Below, piece by piece: positions 48,180-60,242 of a stretch of DNA of 64,000 bases (within the stretch, counting starts at the first letter, position 1; each line of letters starts with the position of its first letter). The notes under the pieces are model-generated. The model did not search any database and had not been told where the DNA came from. It saw nothing but the letters and a program-made list of their open reading frames with translations. This DNA comes from Pirellulaceae bacterium. Its GTDB lineage: Bacteria > Planctomycetota > Planctomycetia > Pirellulales > Pirellulaceae. The stretch is from the NCBI GenBank assembly GCA_963851305.1, contig CAWKOT010000011.1, forward strand, positions 329,716-393,715, written 5' to 3'. The position numbers and the translations under genes were made by a program.

Positions 48180-49001
48180 ATGAAACTGAAGGAAATGCTG
48201 CTGGTGTTCGCGTTGGTTGGTCTGGTCTGGTGTGATGGCGTTCAAAGCCAGAATGCTGAGCAAGCCGAAGATCCATCGGAACAAATGTACGAGATCGACT
48301 TTCCCGGCGGTTCGTTGGTCGAATATATCAATTTAATTCGAGACCTCGAGATTCCTCGCATTGATTTTGATGGACGGAGGCAACCGGCGAATATTTTCAT
48401 CGCTGATAGTGCTCGTAATTTGCAGGTTCCCCCGGTCCAGGTGACCACCAACATGCAGGGTGCGCTGGGAATTTTGGAGATGCTCTCCAATGGTTCCAAT
48501 GGGTTTCAACAGATTCTCGTCAACCTGGATCCCAGCGAAACGATTACGGTCATCAGCGTCGATGGCGTCGTCCCTTTGACGGTGGAAGTCATCAACAGCA
48601 GACAATTGCTGAACCATATGAAGAAAGAGAGCCTGTTGTCCGCCATTGAAATCGGCCTGCAGATGTTGGGTGATTCCGGGGGAATCGAATTGAAGTTGCA
48701 CGAAGAAACCGGGCTGCTGTTCGTCAAAGGTGTGGAACAGAAAACAGAACTGGTTAGAAGAATCATCGAACAACTTTACGTGGCGAACGCGCCTGTCCTT
48801 CAAGGTCGTGGCATGAGTGGCGGTGGAAGTGGTGGCGGTTTTCCTACTGGTTTCGGCGGTGGAAGTGGTGGCGGTGTCGGTGGTGGCGGTGTCGGTGATG
48901 ACGGTGGAAGTGGCGCCGAAATTGATCGTGGCGGTGTCGGCGGGGGCGTGTCTGATGGTGGAGCTCCCGGGAAAGGTAGTACTGGCCCCGGTAACAAATA
49001 G
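48180..49001 (+). CDS. secreted protein with a Gly-rich C-terminal tail
   Basis: RBS-like GGAAAGGGAAAG upstream. Signal peptide MKLKEMLLVFALVGLVWC. The C-terminal 60 aa are almost all Gly/Ser/Val (GGGSGGGFPTGFGGGSGGGVGGGGVGDDGGSG). Confidence 0.5.
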   Translation: MKLKEMLLVFALVGLVWCDGVQSQNAEQAEDPSEQMYEIDFPGGSLVEYINLIRDLEIPRIDFDGRRQPANIFIADSARNLQVPPVQVTTNMQGALGILEMLSNGSNGFQQILVNLDPSETITVISVDGVVPLTVEVINSRQLLNHMKKESLLSAIEIGLQMLGDSGGIELKLHEETGLLFVKGVEQKTELVRRIIEQLYVANAPVLQGRGMSGGGSGGGFPTGFGGGSGGGVGGGGVGDDGGSGAEIDRGGVGGGVSDGGAPGKGSTGPGNK

Positions 49002-49074
49002 GGAGAGCTTGGGCCGCTTCGCGGGGGCGTCTTCCCAAGCGCGAGGCGACCGTTTTGGTTACAATCCAGAAACC

Positions 49075-49723
49075 ATGGATACCACGTTGACGAAACCACG
49101 GATTGCAGCCATGTCGTCGGACCAGGAATCGCATGCCGATCCGTCGGCGGCTGTCTGTTGGTCCACCACGACCCGATCAATCGCCGCCGGGGATACGACC
49201 GCCTTGGCCATCTTCTACGAATTCGCGTTCGACATCATGTATCGCGAAGCGGCTCGAATATCCGGCCGGGATGAACCAACCTGTCTGGATATTGTTCATG
49301 ACGCCATGCTTAAAGCGATGCGGTGCATGAAGCGTCTTGACGACGCCCCATCGGTAGCGAGCTGGTCGCGGGCGGTGGCGAAATCGGTGACTTACGACTG
49401 GCTGCGGAACGAGGCGCGGAAACGAAGACTGGCCCAGCGGCGGCCTGCGGCAGATCCCGTGGAAGATTCTAACGCGTCTGACGAAACCGAACAGCCTGGA
49501 AGAGTTTGAATTACGCGACGTCCGTTTGCACTGGCTGGAACAGGAGCTGCAACAGCTGCCTGACGATTTGCGGGGCCTCATTTCACTCCGCTATCGGCTG
49601 GGCTGGTCGCTGCAGAAAATTGGTCAGCGGGTGGGTTTGAAAACGGGTGCCGTCGATGGGCGGCTGCGACGTGCTATTGAAAAACTGAAACAGAAAGCAG
49701 AATCCCAGTTCGATGAACGATAA
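49075..49723 (+). pseudogene. ECF (sigma-70 family) RNA polymerase sigma factor, region 2 and region 4 in different frames (shift near 49490)
   Basis: Region 2 (FYEFAFDIMYREAARISG...DIVHDAMLKAMR) lies in the ORF ending at 49509. The region-4 HTH (LRGLISLRYRLGWSLQKIGQRVGLKTGAVDGRLRRAIEKL) lies in ORF 49526..49723, whose frame is open upstream back to 49442. Confidence 0.7.
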
Positions 49724-50220
49724 CACGCGAAAATACGCCATGTCGAATCTCAGTCGCGAAGGCCGGAAACGACGTGCTGAGATGCTGCCACAACTACAGC
49801 AGCAGATGGAGGTCCTGCAGCGGAAACGAAGAATCCGCAGCCGCCTGGCCATCGCGGCGGTGGTTTTGATTGCGGCGGCGATTTTGTGGCCCAGCCTGGC
49901 AGGCAATCTCTCCACGATGGAATCGATGGCGACACGGGTGAATGATGCCTAACACAAACCCTGACTCAACGGCCACGTCGACGCCAACGGAGGCCTTTCC
50001 GAAGCATCCGTCCTCGTCGGAGCCGCGCGATACCGAACCGAACGTGGTTCATGACCGGCCGGGCGTTCTCGATCGTTTTCTGGTCAACGACACCTCGGTC
50101 GACGGCAGCCTGGAATTGGAAATGGTCTCCGACGACGAGTTGCCTGGTCTGCTCAGCGAGGCCGGCCAACCTGCTTTTCTCGGTAGAATCGACGGCCAGA
50201 TGGTTCTGATCCCTCGTAAA

Positions 50221-50229
<9 letters not shown>
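49713..50229 (+). CDS. putative anti-sigma factor (single TM), possibly frameshift-joined to the following 95-aa ORF
   Basis: The 79-aa ORF directly after the sigma factor has a basic N-terminus and one TM (LAIAAVVLIAAAILWP). Its stop overlaps the ATG of ORF 49942..50229 (GTGAATGATGCCTAA). Confidence 0.4.
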
Positions 50230-51586
<1,357 letters not shown>

Positions 51587-51658
51587 TTTCCGCCGGTGAC
51601 CAATCCGCCATCCGTTTCGAGCAGAGTCCAGGCAGGTTGTTCGGTGACCGTCAGGTAA

Positions 51659-52586
51659 TCATCGTCCGGTCGTATCGATTTCTGCTCTGCCGCTATCGAA
51701 TACGCTCTGGCACAGACGCAGACCGATCAGTGGAAACAGAACGGATAGTTCTGCGTCGGTCAACGGATGGACGTGGTGGTACCCGGCAACAACCTGGGCG
51801 GCATCCTCTGCCGGTTCGTCGCGGTCCAGCATCAGGTAGGCGCACGCGATTGCCAGATCATTGATGGCTGTTGCGTAAACGAGATCGCCGAAATCGATCA
51901 AGCCAACCGACTGGAAGGTCTGGTCCGGCGACGATTCAATGATCCAGTTGTAATCGTTGGGGTCATTATGAATGACGCCGACGTCCAGTTCAGCAATTCG
52001 ATGGGCGATGGCCTGGTAATTTTTCAGATAATGACCGACCAGTTCGCCCTGGCGGCGATCCAGTCGCGGCAGATTTGTCTGGACGATTTCCGGGCCGCGT
52101 GAGAGGTCCCAATTCAGCCTGCGGCGGGCACGCCGATCGTGATTCAAGAGTCTCAAGGCGTTATCGATCGTGGCCAGGCCAGAGCCGATGCGATGCAATA
52201 ACTGAGGGGTGCGAACCGGGCATTCCGCCAGAGGCTCTTCCCGGCACGAACGTTAAGCATCGTACGTAACAGGCTTTGCCCGATTCGCCGTCACGGACCT
52301 GGATGATGGGCTGCCGATCCGTCGATTTGATAACATTGGGCGTCACGACGCCATCCACGGCGAAACACAACTGCAGGGCCTGGTTCTCCAATTCAAGAAA
52401 ATCGAAGTCGGCGTGGTCGTTGGAAATCTTCAGAACGAATTGATCGTGATGCGATTCGATGCAGAAATTCTGGTCGCGTTCGCCGGTCAGCGGGCGGGCT
52501 TTCCCCAGGATGCCGAAATGATCGGCCGCAATCTGTTCGGCCTGAATGGTCGTAAACGCTGGCCGAGCCAGCAGAGGTTCCGGCAT
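51659..52586 (-). pseudogene. aminoglycoside-phosphotransferase-fold (APH/HYKK-like) kinase, frameshifted near 52180
   Basis: The N-terminal ORF 52161..52586 (FGILGKARPLTGERDQNFCIESHHDQFVLKI) and the C-terminal ORF 51659..52198 (VIHNDPNDYNWII...GLIDFGDLVYATAINDLAIA) together form an APH-type kinase fold. Confidence 0.65.
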
Positions 52587-52600
52587 AAGTTGTCGTCGAA

Positions 52601-53701
52601 TCAGGCGGCAGCGGCGGGTCGGGTATCGGCCACCCGATTGTAGACGTTTTCCACCGCATCGATCAAACGCCGCGGCGCGAAATTGTCCACGACCGAGAGT
52701 CGTCCCTGTTGGCCAAGTTGCGAACGCAATTTCTCGTCTCGTGCCAGGGATACGATGGCCTGAGCCAACTGCCCAGGGTTGGCCGGGGGAACCAGCAGCC
52801 CGTTTTCACGATGCCTGACGATTTCAGTAAGACCGCCGGTACGACTGGCAACGACGGGGGTTCCGGTCATCAGCGATTCGATCGCCACCAGGCCCAGAGG
52901 TTCTTCCAACGAGGGAACTACCGTCATCTCACTGGCGGCCATGTAATCGCAGACATTGGCCTGTCGGCCAACCCAACAGGTTCGCCCCGCCAGTCCGTTC
53001 CGCAGCAGGAAGCGGCGGATTTGTCGGGTGTGCGATTGGCGGCGTCCAAAGCGGCCGACGAACACGACTTTCAATTGCGGTAACTCGCGGACAATGTCGG
53101 GCAGCGCCCGAACCAGTTGCAGATGGCCTTTGCGAACAGAGATTTCGCCAATCATGCCAATCAGGAAGTCGTCCGGTCGCAGTCGCAGTTTTTGGCGAAC
53201 GGCCTGCACCGCCCGTTGGTTCCCCTTTGGTTGACGATCGGAATCAGTACAACAGTAGATCGTCTCCATACGCTGCGGCGATATCCGATTGACGCGGCGA
53301 TGATAGTCGAATGTGGCCTGGGAATTGGCAATCACGTAGTCATTGAAATTCCAGTGAAATTCAAGATGTCGATTATGAGCCGTTGCGACGACCGGCACGC
53401 CCGTCAGCCATTTCAGTCCCACACCGAAATTCTGTCCGCGGGTCATGTGCGAATGCATCAAATCAAATCGCTGGTCGCGAACGTAGCCGGCCATTCGTCT
53501 AAGTTCGGTCAGCGGAAGTCGTGTCATTTCAGATTCGACGACCCGCACCAACGAGGTATCGACGTGGGATTGAATCCACGAACCCGGCCGGCAGAGGATG
53601 GTGACCTGGTGGCCGCGACGAACCAGGTCTTCGCTGAGCACTTTGCAGTAGACCAGCGCGCCATTCACACCACGCCCGGAAATAATCTGCAAGATCTTCA
53701 A
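52601..53701 (-). CDS. GT4-family glycosyltransferase
   Basis: MKILQIISGRGVNGALVYCKVLSEDLVRRGHQV (GT-B N-terminal domain) and EPLGLVAIESLMTGTPVVASRTGGLTEIV (E-X7-E region). Confidence 0.8.
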   Translation of the reverse strand: MKILQIISGRGVNGALVYCKVLSEDLVRRGHQVTILCRPGSWIQSHVDTSLVRVVESEMTRLPLTELRRMAGYVRDQRFDLMHSHMTRGQNFGVGLKWLTGVPVVATAHNRHLEFHWNFNDYVIANSQATFDYHRRVNRISPQRMETIYCCTDSDRQPKGNQRAVQAVRQKLRLRPDDFLIGMIGEISVRKGHLQLVRALPDIVRELPQLKVVFVGRFGRRQSHTRQIRRFLLRNGLAGRTCWVGRQANVCDYMAASEMTVVPSLEEPLGLVAIESLMTGTPVVASRTGGLTEIVRHRENGLLVPPANPGQLAQAIVSLARDEKLRSQLGQQGRLSVVDNFAPRRLIDAVENVYNRVADTRPAAAA

Positions 53702-54239
53702 GAATCAGGTTCCCCTACGGCTTCGGCGTGACGGTCCAACCGGCCGTCTACGACGGTCATCGGCGCGGCTGTCCGAAGATCGGATTGCGTCGCGTGAGGG
53801 GGGATTATTTCAGAATCGACGGACTTCATGCAAGACAGCCTTGCATTGACCGAAACCTGCTTACCCGCCCATCGACTGCAAGCTACCGTAACAGGGCCGG
53901 CGCGCGTTCCCGGCCACGCTTTTCGAAACGGCGTTGATGTCGGCAGTCAAAATGCCATTCAACGTGGTCGACGATTCTGCTACCGTCCCCACAGCAACCC
54001 GGTGGGCGCATCAATACGGTGGGACAGGCTGCCAAGTTGTCAAAAGGTCGGAAACGACAGGCTGGCGGTCAGAGTCGAGAAAAATTTGCAGACCTAGGTG
54101 GTCTGTCAAAACTGAATTGACTGATAGCTGAATTCGCAAGCCTTCCGGGTTTCGAAGCATGGGCAGGCGGGCCGGATTTCATCTCGGGCCTGACTCAATG
54201 CGGTCGAATCCACAAAACGCTGGATGGAGTTACAGAAAA

Positions 54240-55610
54240 ATGGCAAGAAACGAACTTGTTTCGACTGTCTTGTTGGCTCTGTTGGTCGTGGCCCTGTCCG
54301 GCTGCGGAAAAAAAGAACCGACAGCAAATAAGGCGGCCGGCAACACAAACCGGTCGACTTTTACCAGCCCTGCCAGCGATTTTGCCGGCGAGATAACGGC
54401 ACTGACAGCAAATGCCCGGCAGTCGGAAGAGAATTTCGAATTCGACTTGGCCGTAAAGCGTTGGGAACAAATACGCCAGAAAATCGTGGCCCAACTTGGT
54501 CAGGATTCATGGCAAGCCCGGAATGCCGGTTACGCACTGGAAAGCGCGCGGGCCAAGTCGCAATTTTCCGCGGAACAGCGGCAACAGTTGCAGCGCCTCA
54601 GGCAAATCAATGATCAAGTCAAGCAGTCGTTTCAGGATAAGCAGTTCAGTCAGGCCCTTGGGCAAAGCGTACAGTTGTACAATTTGCAGGCTCAACTGAC
54701 CGGAAAAGAATCGATCGAAGTGGGGCAGCTGGCCATTCAGATCGCTACCCTCCAAAGTCAGTTGGGGCAAATCGACTCGGCAATTCATCATTTTCATCAA
54801 GGAATTGAGATTCTCAGACTGCGCGGCTATGGAGACCACCCCGAACTGCAGTTGGCGCATGCCGGGTTGGCCGCGGCGTACGCCCGCAAGGGGCAGTTGG
54901 CACCCGCGGTGGCCAACCAGAAGCACGCGACTCGAATCGCGGGGGTAATTGAAGGCATGCAGAGTACCGAATATGCCACGCAGGCGAATCAACTGGGGGT
55001 TCTCTATCATCAGGCGGGAAATCTACAGGTCGCGCATGACATACTGCACGCCACCAAGGCGATCCGTGGCCGCGCCCTGGGTCAACGCAGCACGGCCTTT
55101 GGCCACAGTTGTCTGAATCTGGGGATTGTCGCACTCGATCAGAAGCAATTGGATGAAGCGGAAGAGAATTTCACCGTGGCTGAACAGATCTTTGCAGCCG
55201 AATTCGGGGCAGGCAACTCACTCTCGTCCCGCTGCAATTCACACCTGGCGACGATTCAGATGCTTCGCAATCGACCCGACCTGGCAGAGCGATTTCTGCG
55301 GGATGTCGTCGATGACTTTACCGAAGGCGAATCGAGCGATCCGGAAGGCCTGCTGGCCCATCGATATCGGTTGGCGATTGCATTGGCCCGTCAAGGGAAA
55401 TACGAGGAAGCAGGTCCCTTGCTCGTTGCGGTCATCGATCAACAGCGGCAGCGTTTTGGCGAGTCGGATGCAAGAACAATGAAATCACTGAAAGCGTACG
55501 TTCTGCTATTGGAGAGTTCTCATCAGTACGATGCGGCGAAAGCGGTCCGGCAACAGATCAATCGTGTTGCGAAATCAGTTTCGGGCAACGAATTTCAGCC
55601 CCTGTACTGA
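54240..55610 (+). CDS. TPR-repeat lipoprotein
   Basis: Lipobox LLVVALSGCGKKE after the signal peptide. Multiple TPR units (LAHAGLAAAYARKGQ..., YRLAIALARQGKYEEA). Confidence 0.65.
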   Translation: MARNELVSTVLLALLVVALSGCGKKEPTANKAAGNTNRSTFTSPASDFAGEITALTANARQSEENFEFDLAVKRWEQIRQKIVAQLGQDSWQARNAGYALESARAKSQFSAEQRQQLQRLRQINDQVKQSFQDKQFSQALGQSVQLYNLQAQLTGKESIEVGQLAIQIATLQSQLGQIDSAIHHFHQGIEILRLRGYGDHPELQLAHAGLAAAYARKGQLAPAVANQKHATRIAGVIEGMQSTEYATQANQLGVLYHQAGNLQVAHDILHATKAIRGRALGQRSTAFGHSCLNLGIVALDQKQLDEAEENFTVAEQIFAAEFGAGNSLSSRCNSHLATIQMLRNRPDLAERFLRDVVDDFTEGESSDPEGLLAHRYRLAIALARQGKYEEAGPLLVAVIDQQRQRFGESDARTMKSLKAYVLLLESSHQYDAAKAVRQQINRVAKSVSGNEFQPLY

Positions 55611-55827
55611 TCCAATATTCGACATAACCGAATCGAGTGGAACCGACTATCCACCGCCGGACCCGTACCACCGTTTTAATTGACAGATTTTTGAATGGTA
55701 GTGAGAATGTGGGTAGAATGAATCGGAGGTACAGCGAGTCATACGATTCGCTCGACCGACGATCCCTTTCCGGCTCCTACCTGTTTGCCGATTCATTGTT
55801 TCCATCTGTGACCCGCAGGCTATCAAC

Positions 55828-56538
55828 ATGAAGAAATCGCTCAGCAAAAAACTTGGAATCTACTCAGCGCTCGGCGTTGCCGGAGGCATGACGTTTGGTA
55901 CGACGGCCTCTGAAGCTGACATTATCTTTACCGACTTCACGGGAAGTGCGACTTCCAGTGAACCCCTAAACATCGACATGGACGGTGACTCGGTCACGGA
56001 CTTCGTATTCGATTTTGCCGTTGCCGGTCCCAACGTGTACAACTCCTTCTCCAACTGGGCCCGGATGAGAGGGCTGAACGGGAACGCGTTCGTCAATACG
56101 GATCCTGCTCCTTACGCAGGTGGACAGCCATACGGTCCCAACAACCTGGCGTTTGGCGCCACGATTTCGGGTCAGTCTTTCTACGGTGGTCCCAACGGTG
56201 GACCCATGCAATTGGCCTACACAGCGACACTGGTCAGTACCGTTTGGGGGCCGTTTGGAGGATTGAATTTTCCGGACAATCCCGCCAACGGATTTGTCGG
56301 CGTTCAATTCGAAACGGGAGGTGGTGACCAGGTTTTCGGCTGGATTCGTGTGCGAGTTGAAGGGGACGTGACTAATGCGAACTTCGAGGATGCCCTGATC
56401 ACCGTCAATGGCTTTGCCTACGCTACGCCGGGTACGGAAATCCTGGCGGGACAGGTTCCAGAACCGAGTTCGGTCGGTCTGCTGGCACTGGGAGCCGCCG
56501 GACTCGCTTTTCGCCGCCGGAAGAAAGACGCTGCTTGA
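55828..56538 (+). CDS. PEP-CTERM sorting-domain protein
   Basis: Signal peptide. C-terminal VPEPSSVGLLALGAAGLAFRRRKKDAA is a PEP motif followed by a TM and a basic tail. Confidence 0.8.
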   Translation: MKKSLSKKLGIYSALGVAGGMTFGTTASEADIIFTDFTGSATSSEPLNIDMDGDSVTDFVFDFAVAGPNVYNSFSNWARMRGLNGNAFVNTDPAPYAGGQPYGPNNLAFGATISGQSFYGGPNGGPMQLAYTATLVSTVWGPFGGLNFPDNPANGFVGVQFETGGGDQVFGWIRVRVEGDVTNANFEDALITVNGFAYATPGTEILAGQVPEPSSVGLLALGAAGLAFRRRKKDAA

Positions 56539-56602
56539 AATCAGTTGCCAAGACCTGCGTTTCAATAATTGCCAAGAGTTGTCATATTAGACAGCTCTTT
56601 TT

Positions 56603-59383
56603 TTGTGCAATGGGGAACGCCGGATGAATAAGCGACTGGCCAGGAAGGTGCTGTTGATCGGTTGGGACGCCGCCGACTGGCAGCACATCAATCCACTGTT
56701 GGACGAAGGTTTGCTACCCGGTCTGGAGAGTCTGATCAATCGAGGCGTGATGGGAAACCTCGCCACGTTGCATCCGGTACTCTCACCCATGCTCTGGAAT
56801 TCCATTGCGACCGGCAAGACGGCCGATAAGCACGGCGTGTTGGGATTCACCGAACCCCTTCCCTCAGGCCGGGGCGTGCGCCCCTTTGCCAGCACGCGAC
56901 GAAAGGTCAAAGCCCTCTGGAACATCTGCCATCAAAACCAACTGCGGAGCAACGTCGTAGGTTGGTGGGCCAGTCATCCGGCGGAACCGATCCGGGGCTG
57001 CATGGTATCGAACCTGTTCAACGGTCTGCAACGCGGTCCCGATGGCAGGTTGAAGATCACACCGGGCACATTCCATCCTCCCGAAAAATCGCCGCAATTG
57101 GCGGAATTGAAGATTCACGCGGATGAAATTACCGGCCAGGATATCCTGCCCTTTATTCCCAGGGCTGCGAAAATCGATCAGTCATCGGATCAGCGACTGG
57201 CCACGGCCTGCAAGTTGCTCTCCGATTGTGCTTCCATTCAGTCGATTACGACGCATCTTATCGAACACGAAGCCTGGGATCTGACGGCCGTCTACTTTGA
57301 CGCCATCGATCATTTCTGTCATGCATTCATGTATTACCATCCTCCTCAGATGCAAAATGTAAAGGATGAAGATTTCCAGCTGTACAAGGACGTGATCCGG
57401 GGAGCGTACCAGTTTCACGACATGATCCTGCAACGGTTGATGAATCTGGCCGGGGACGATACGACGATCGTGCTCTGTTCAGATCATGGTTTTCAGTCGG
57501 GTCGTACGCGACCGCTGTCGACACCGATTGAACCAGCTGGACCCGCTGCCTGGCACCGTGACCTGGGCATCATCGTGATGGCGGGCCCCGGTATCAAGCA
57601 GGACGAACGCATCTACGGCGCCAACATCATCGACATCACACCCACCATTCTGTACCAGTTTGGCCTGCCGGTAGGCGACGATATGGACGGCCGAGTATTG
57701 ATGGATGCCTTTCAGGACCCCGCGCCTCCCCAGACCATTCCCAGTTGGGATGAGGTTCCCGGGTCGTGCGGGATGCACCCAACTGACGTGGACGAAAACA
57801 ATGAGAACTTGAGCGATGAACAATCGCAGGAGTTGCTCAAGCAGTTTGTCGCACTGGGGTATATCGAAGATCCGGGAGAAGATCTGGAGAAGGCCGCGAC
57901 CAATTGTCAGTTGGAATTGGATTATAACCTGGCGCGGGTCTATCTCTCCACGAATCGCTACCGGCAAGCGGTTCAGGTCTTGCGTGATCTGGTCGATCGC
58001 GCTCCCTGGGACGACCGGTTCTGGAAAAACCTGGCGCACTGCTACTTCGAAATGGGCTATTTTCGCCAGGCGCAGAAAATCATGGAGGCCCTGTATCGGG
58101 ATATCCAGAATCCACCGGTATTTTCCCGGGTTTTTCTGGCCAAAACCTGCTTTGAATTGGGCGAATATGAGCAGGCCGAGGAGCATTTGAATATCGCGCT
58201 GGCGCTCAATCCGCGGCAACCCATGATCTATGTGATGACGGGCCGGATTCTGTTGCGAAACAACCGCTTGTTCGAAGCGGAATCCATGTTCCAGAAGACC
58301 CTCGATGTGGATCCGGACAACGCCCATGCCTGGGTGGGCATGGGCGAAACCTATTTGCGACTCAACCGCCATGAAATGGCTGCCGATGCCGCCCTGTCGG
58401 CGCTGGCGTTGTTGTACCGGTTGGAGCAAGCCCACTGGATATTGGGTGTGGCGATGCTGCGGATGAAGCAACTGCCGCGGGCGAAGCGGGCGTTTCAGAC
58501 CCTGTTGAAATTCAAATCCAGCCGTTACGAAGTTGCTGCCCGCCGTCAGCTGCAGAAAATCAGCCTGTTGCAGGGACAGACCGTGGAAGCTGAACGGCAG
58601 GGCCAGCAGGCTCGTCAGAAACTTGCCCGTCGGCGAACCCAACGACTGGCCGATCAGGAACGAAAAGAGGAACTGCTCGAACTGCCGACCATCCCGTCGA
58701 TTCCAGACAGGATCCAGGCGCTCCAGCTGGAACGCCCCCGCTCTCAGGACAAGGCCAGGCAATCGGCGCGTCGTTGCTCTGGCCGTACGTTAACCATCGT
58801 GTCCGGACTGCCCCGTTCCGGAACATCGCTGATGATGCAGATGCTGGCTGCCGGGGGCTTGCCCGCCCGGACCGATGGCCAGCGGACGGCGGACGACGAC
58901 AATCCACAAGGTTATCTGGAATGGGAAGCCGTCAAACGGTTGCACAAACATCCCGAGCTGTTTGACGACGAATCGCTGGATGGCAAGGCGATCAAAGTCA
59001 TTTCGATGCTGTTGACCGGACTGCCCAGCCAACATCGTTACCGCCTGATCTTCATGTCGCGGCCGACGATTGAGATTGCCGCGTCCCAGCGGAAGATGAT
59101 CGAGCGACTGGAATCGGAAGGTGCCAGCGGTGACCTCGATGCCATCGCCGAGAAGCTCGCACGGCATCGTGACCAGTCATTGCAGTGGCTTCGTTCCCAG
59201 GCTGCAATCGACCTGCTGGTCGTCGAATATCCCAATCTGATTGCCCAGCCAGAAGCGGAGGCTCGGCGAGTCGCGGAATTCCTGGGCCCGGACCTGATCC
59301 AGCATCCGGCGCGAATGGCTTCGGTCATTCAGCCTGATCTGTATCGTCAGAAACGATCCGTTGCGGATACGAAGGCACGTTGA
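56603..59383 (+). CDS. tripartite fusion: NPP-type (alkaline-phosphatase-superfamily) phosphodiesterase/pyrophosphatase + TPR repeats + sulfotransferase domain
   Basis: The N-terminal 400 aa (KVLLIGWDAADWQHI..., HPVLSPMLWNSIATGKTADKHGV, DAIDHFCHAF, TIVLCSDHGF) match the type-I phosphodiesterase/NPP family. The middle 280 aa are TPR repeats. The C-terminal 230 aa carry the sulfotransferase PAPS 5'-phosphosulfate-binding loop TIVSGLPRSGTS. Confidence 0.7.
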   Translation: MCNGERRMNKRLARKVLLIGWDAADWQHINPLLDEGLLPGLESLINRGVMGNLATLHPVLSPMLWNSIATGKTADKHGVLGFTEPLPSGRGVRPFASTRRKVKALWNICHQNQLRSNVVGWWASHPAEPIRGCMVSNLFNGLQRGPDGRLKITPGTFHPPEKSPQLAELKIHADEITGQDILPFIPRAAKIDQSSDQRLATACKLLSDCASIQSITTHLIEHEAWDLTAVYFDAIDHFCHAFMYYHPPQMQNVKDEDFQLYKDVIRGAYQFHDMILQRLMNLAGDDTTIVLCSDHGFQSGRTRPLSTPIEPAGPAAWHRDLGIIVMAGPGIKQDERIYGANIIDITPTILYQFGLPVGDDMDGRVLMDAFQDPAPPQTIPSWDEVPGSCGMHPTDVDENNENLSDEQSQELLKQFVALGYIEDPGEDLEKAATNCQLELDYNLARVYLSTNRYRQAVQVLRDLVDRAPWDDRFWKNLAHCYFEMGYFRQAQKIMEALYRDIQNPPVFSRVFLAKTCFELGEYEQAEEHLNIALALNPRQPMIYVMTGRILLRNNRLFEAESMFQKTLDVDPDNAHAWVGMGETYLRLNRHEMAADAALSALALLYRLEQAHWILGVAMLRMKQLPRAKRAFQTLLKFKSSRYEVAARRQLQKISLLQGQTVEAERQGQQARQKLARRRTQRLADQERKEELLELPTIPSIPDRIQALQLERPRSQDKARQSARRCSGRTLTIVSGLPRSGTSLMMQMLAAGGLPARTDGQRTADDDNPQGYLEWEAVKRLHKHPELFDDESLDGKAIKVISMLLTGLPSQHRYRLIFMSRPTIEIAASQRKMIERLESEGASGDLDAIAEKLARHRDQSLQWLRSQAAIDLLVVEYPNLIAQPEAEARRVAEFLGPDLIQHPARMASVIQPDLYRQKRSVADTKAR

Positions 59384-59444
59384 CGAAGGCGCGTTGATTC
59401 GGCGGACCCGCAAATGGAAGCAGAACAAAAGCTGGCCAATTCGG

Positions 59445-60242
59445 TCAGTTCCCGGCGGACCCGTTTTTCAGAAAGCTCGTCAGGAATTCGCGGGTCCTTG
59501 GCTGAACGGGGGCAGTGAAAATCTGACGGGGGTGGCCTTCTTCGGCGATCACACCCCGGTCGAAAAAAAGAACGCGGTCGGAGATCTCGCGGGCAAAGCT
59601 CATTTCGTGGGTCACGATCAGCATCGTCATATCCGATTCGGTGGCAATTTTCCGCAGCACGCCCAATACTTCGTCTACCAGTTCAGGATCCAGAGCGGAC
59701 GTGACTTCATCGAATAACATGATCTTTGGCTGCAGCGCCAGTGCCCGGGCGATCGCGACGCGTTGCTGCTGACCGCCAGACAACTGGGCAGGGTAGGATG
59801 TCTTTTTGTCCTGCAGTCCCACCAGTTCCAGCAAACGCAGGGCCAGTTCTTCTGCCTCGTCTTTCGATTTTCCCTGCACTTTACATGGAGCCAATGTCAG
59901 GTTGTCCAGAACATTCTTGTGGGGAAACAGATTGAAGTGTTGAAAAACCATCCCCAATTTGTTGCGGATCAGTCGCAGGTGCGCTTCGTCGGCGGGCCGT
60001 GTTCGCCCGTTCCTGACAGACGACCACATTCGTAACCGATCCACCTCAATCGTGCCCCGGTCCGGTAATTCCAGCGTCATCAGCAGTCGCAGCAGGGTCG
60101 ATTTCCCGGAACCACTCGAGCCAATAATGGACACTTTTTCACCGGCAAACACGTCCAGATCGAGTGATCTCAGGACTTGCAGATCGCCGTACGATTTGCA
60201 GAGATCACGGATCGAGATGATGGGCTTCGGATTCTCGTTCAT
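59445..60242 (-). CDS. polar-amino-acid ABC transporter ATP-binding protein
   Basis: Walker A GSSGSGKST, signature LSGGQQQRVAIARAL, Walker B MLFDEVTSALD. Start trimmed to MNENPKPI. Confidence 0.85.
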   Translation of the reverse strand: MNENPKPIISIRDLCKSYGDLQVLRSLDLDVFAGEKVSIIGSSGSGKSTLLRLLMTLELPDRGTIEVDRLRMWSSVRNGRTRPADEAHLRLIRNKLGMVFQHFNLFPHKNVLDNLTLAPCKVQGKSKDEAEELALRLLELVGLQDKKTSYPAQLSGGQQQRVAIARALALQPKIMLFDEVTSALDPELVDEVLGVLRKIATESDMTMLIVTHEMSFAREISDRVLFFDRGVIAEEGHPRQIFTAPVQPRTREFLTSFLKNGSAGN

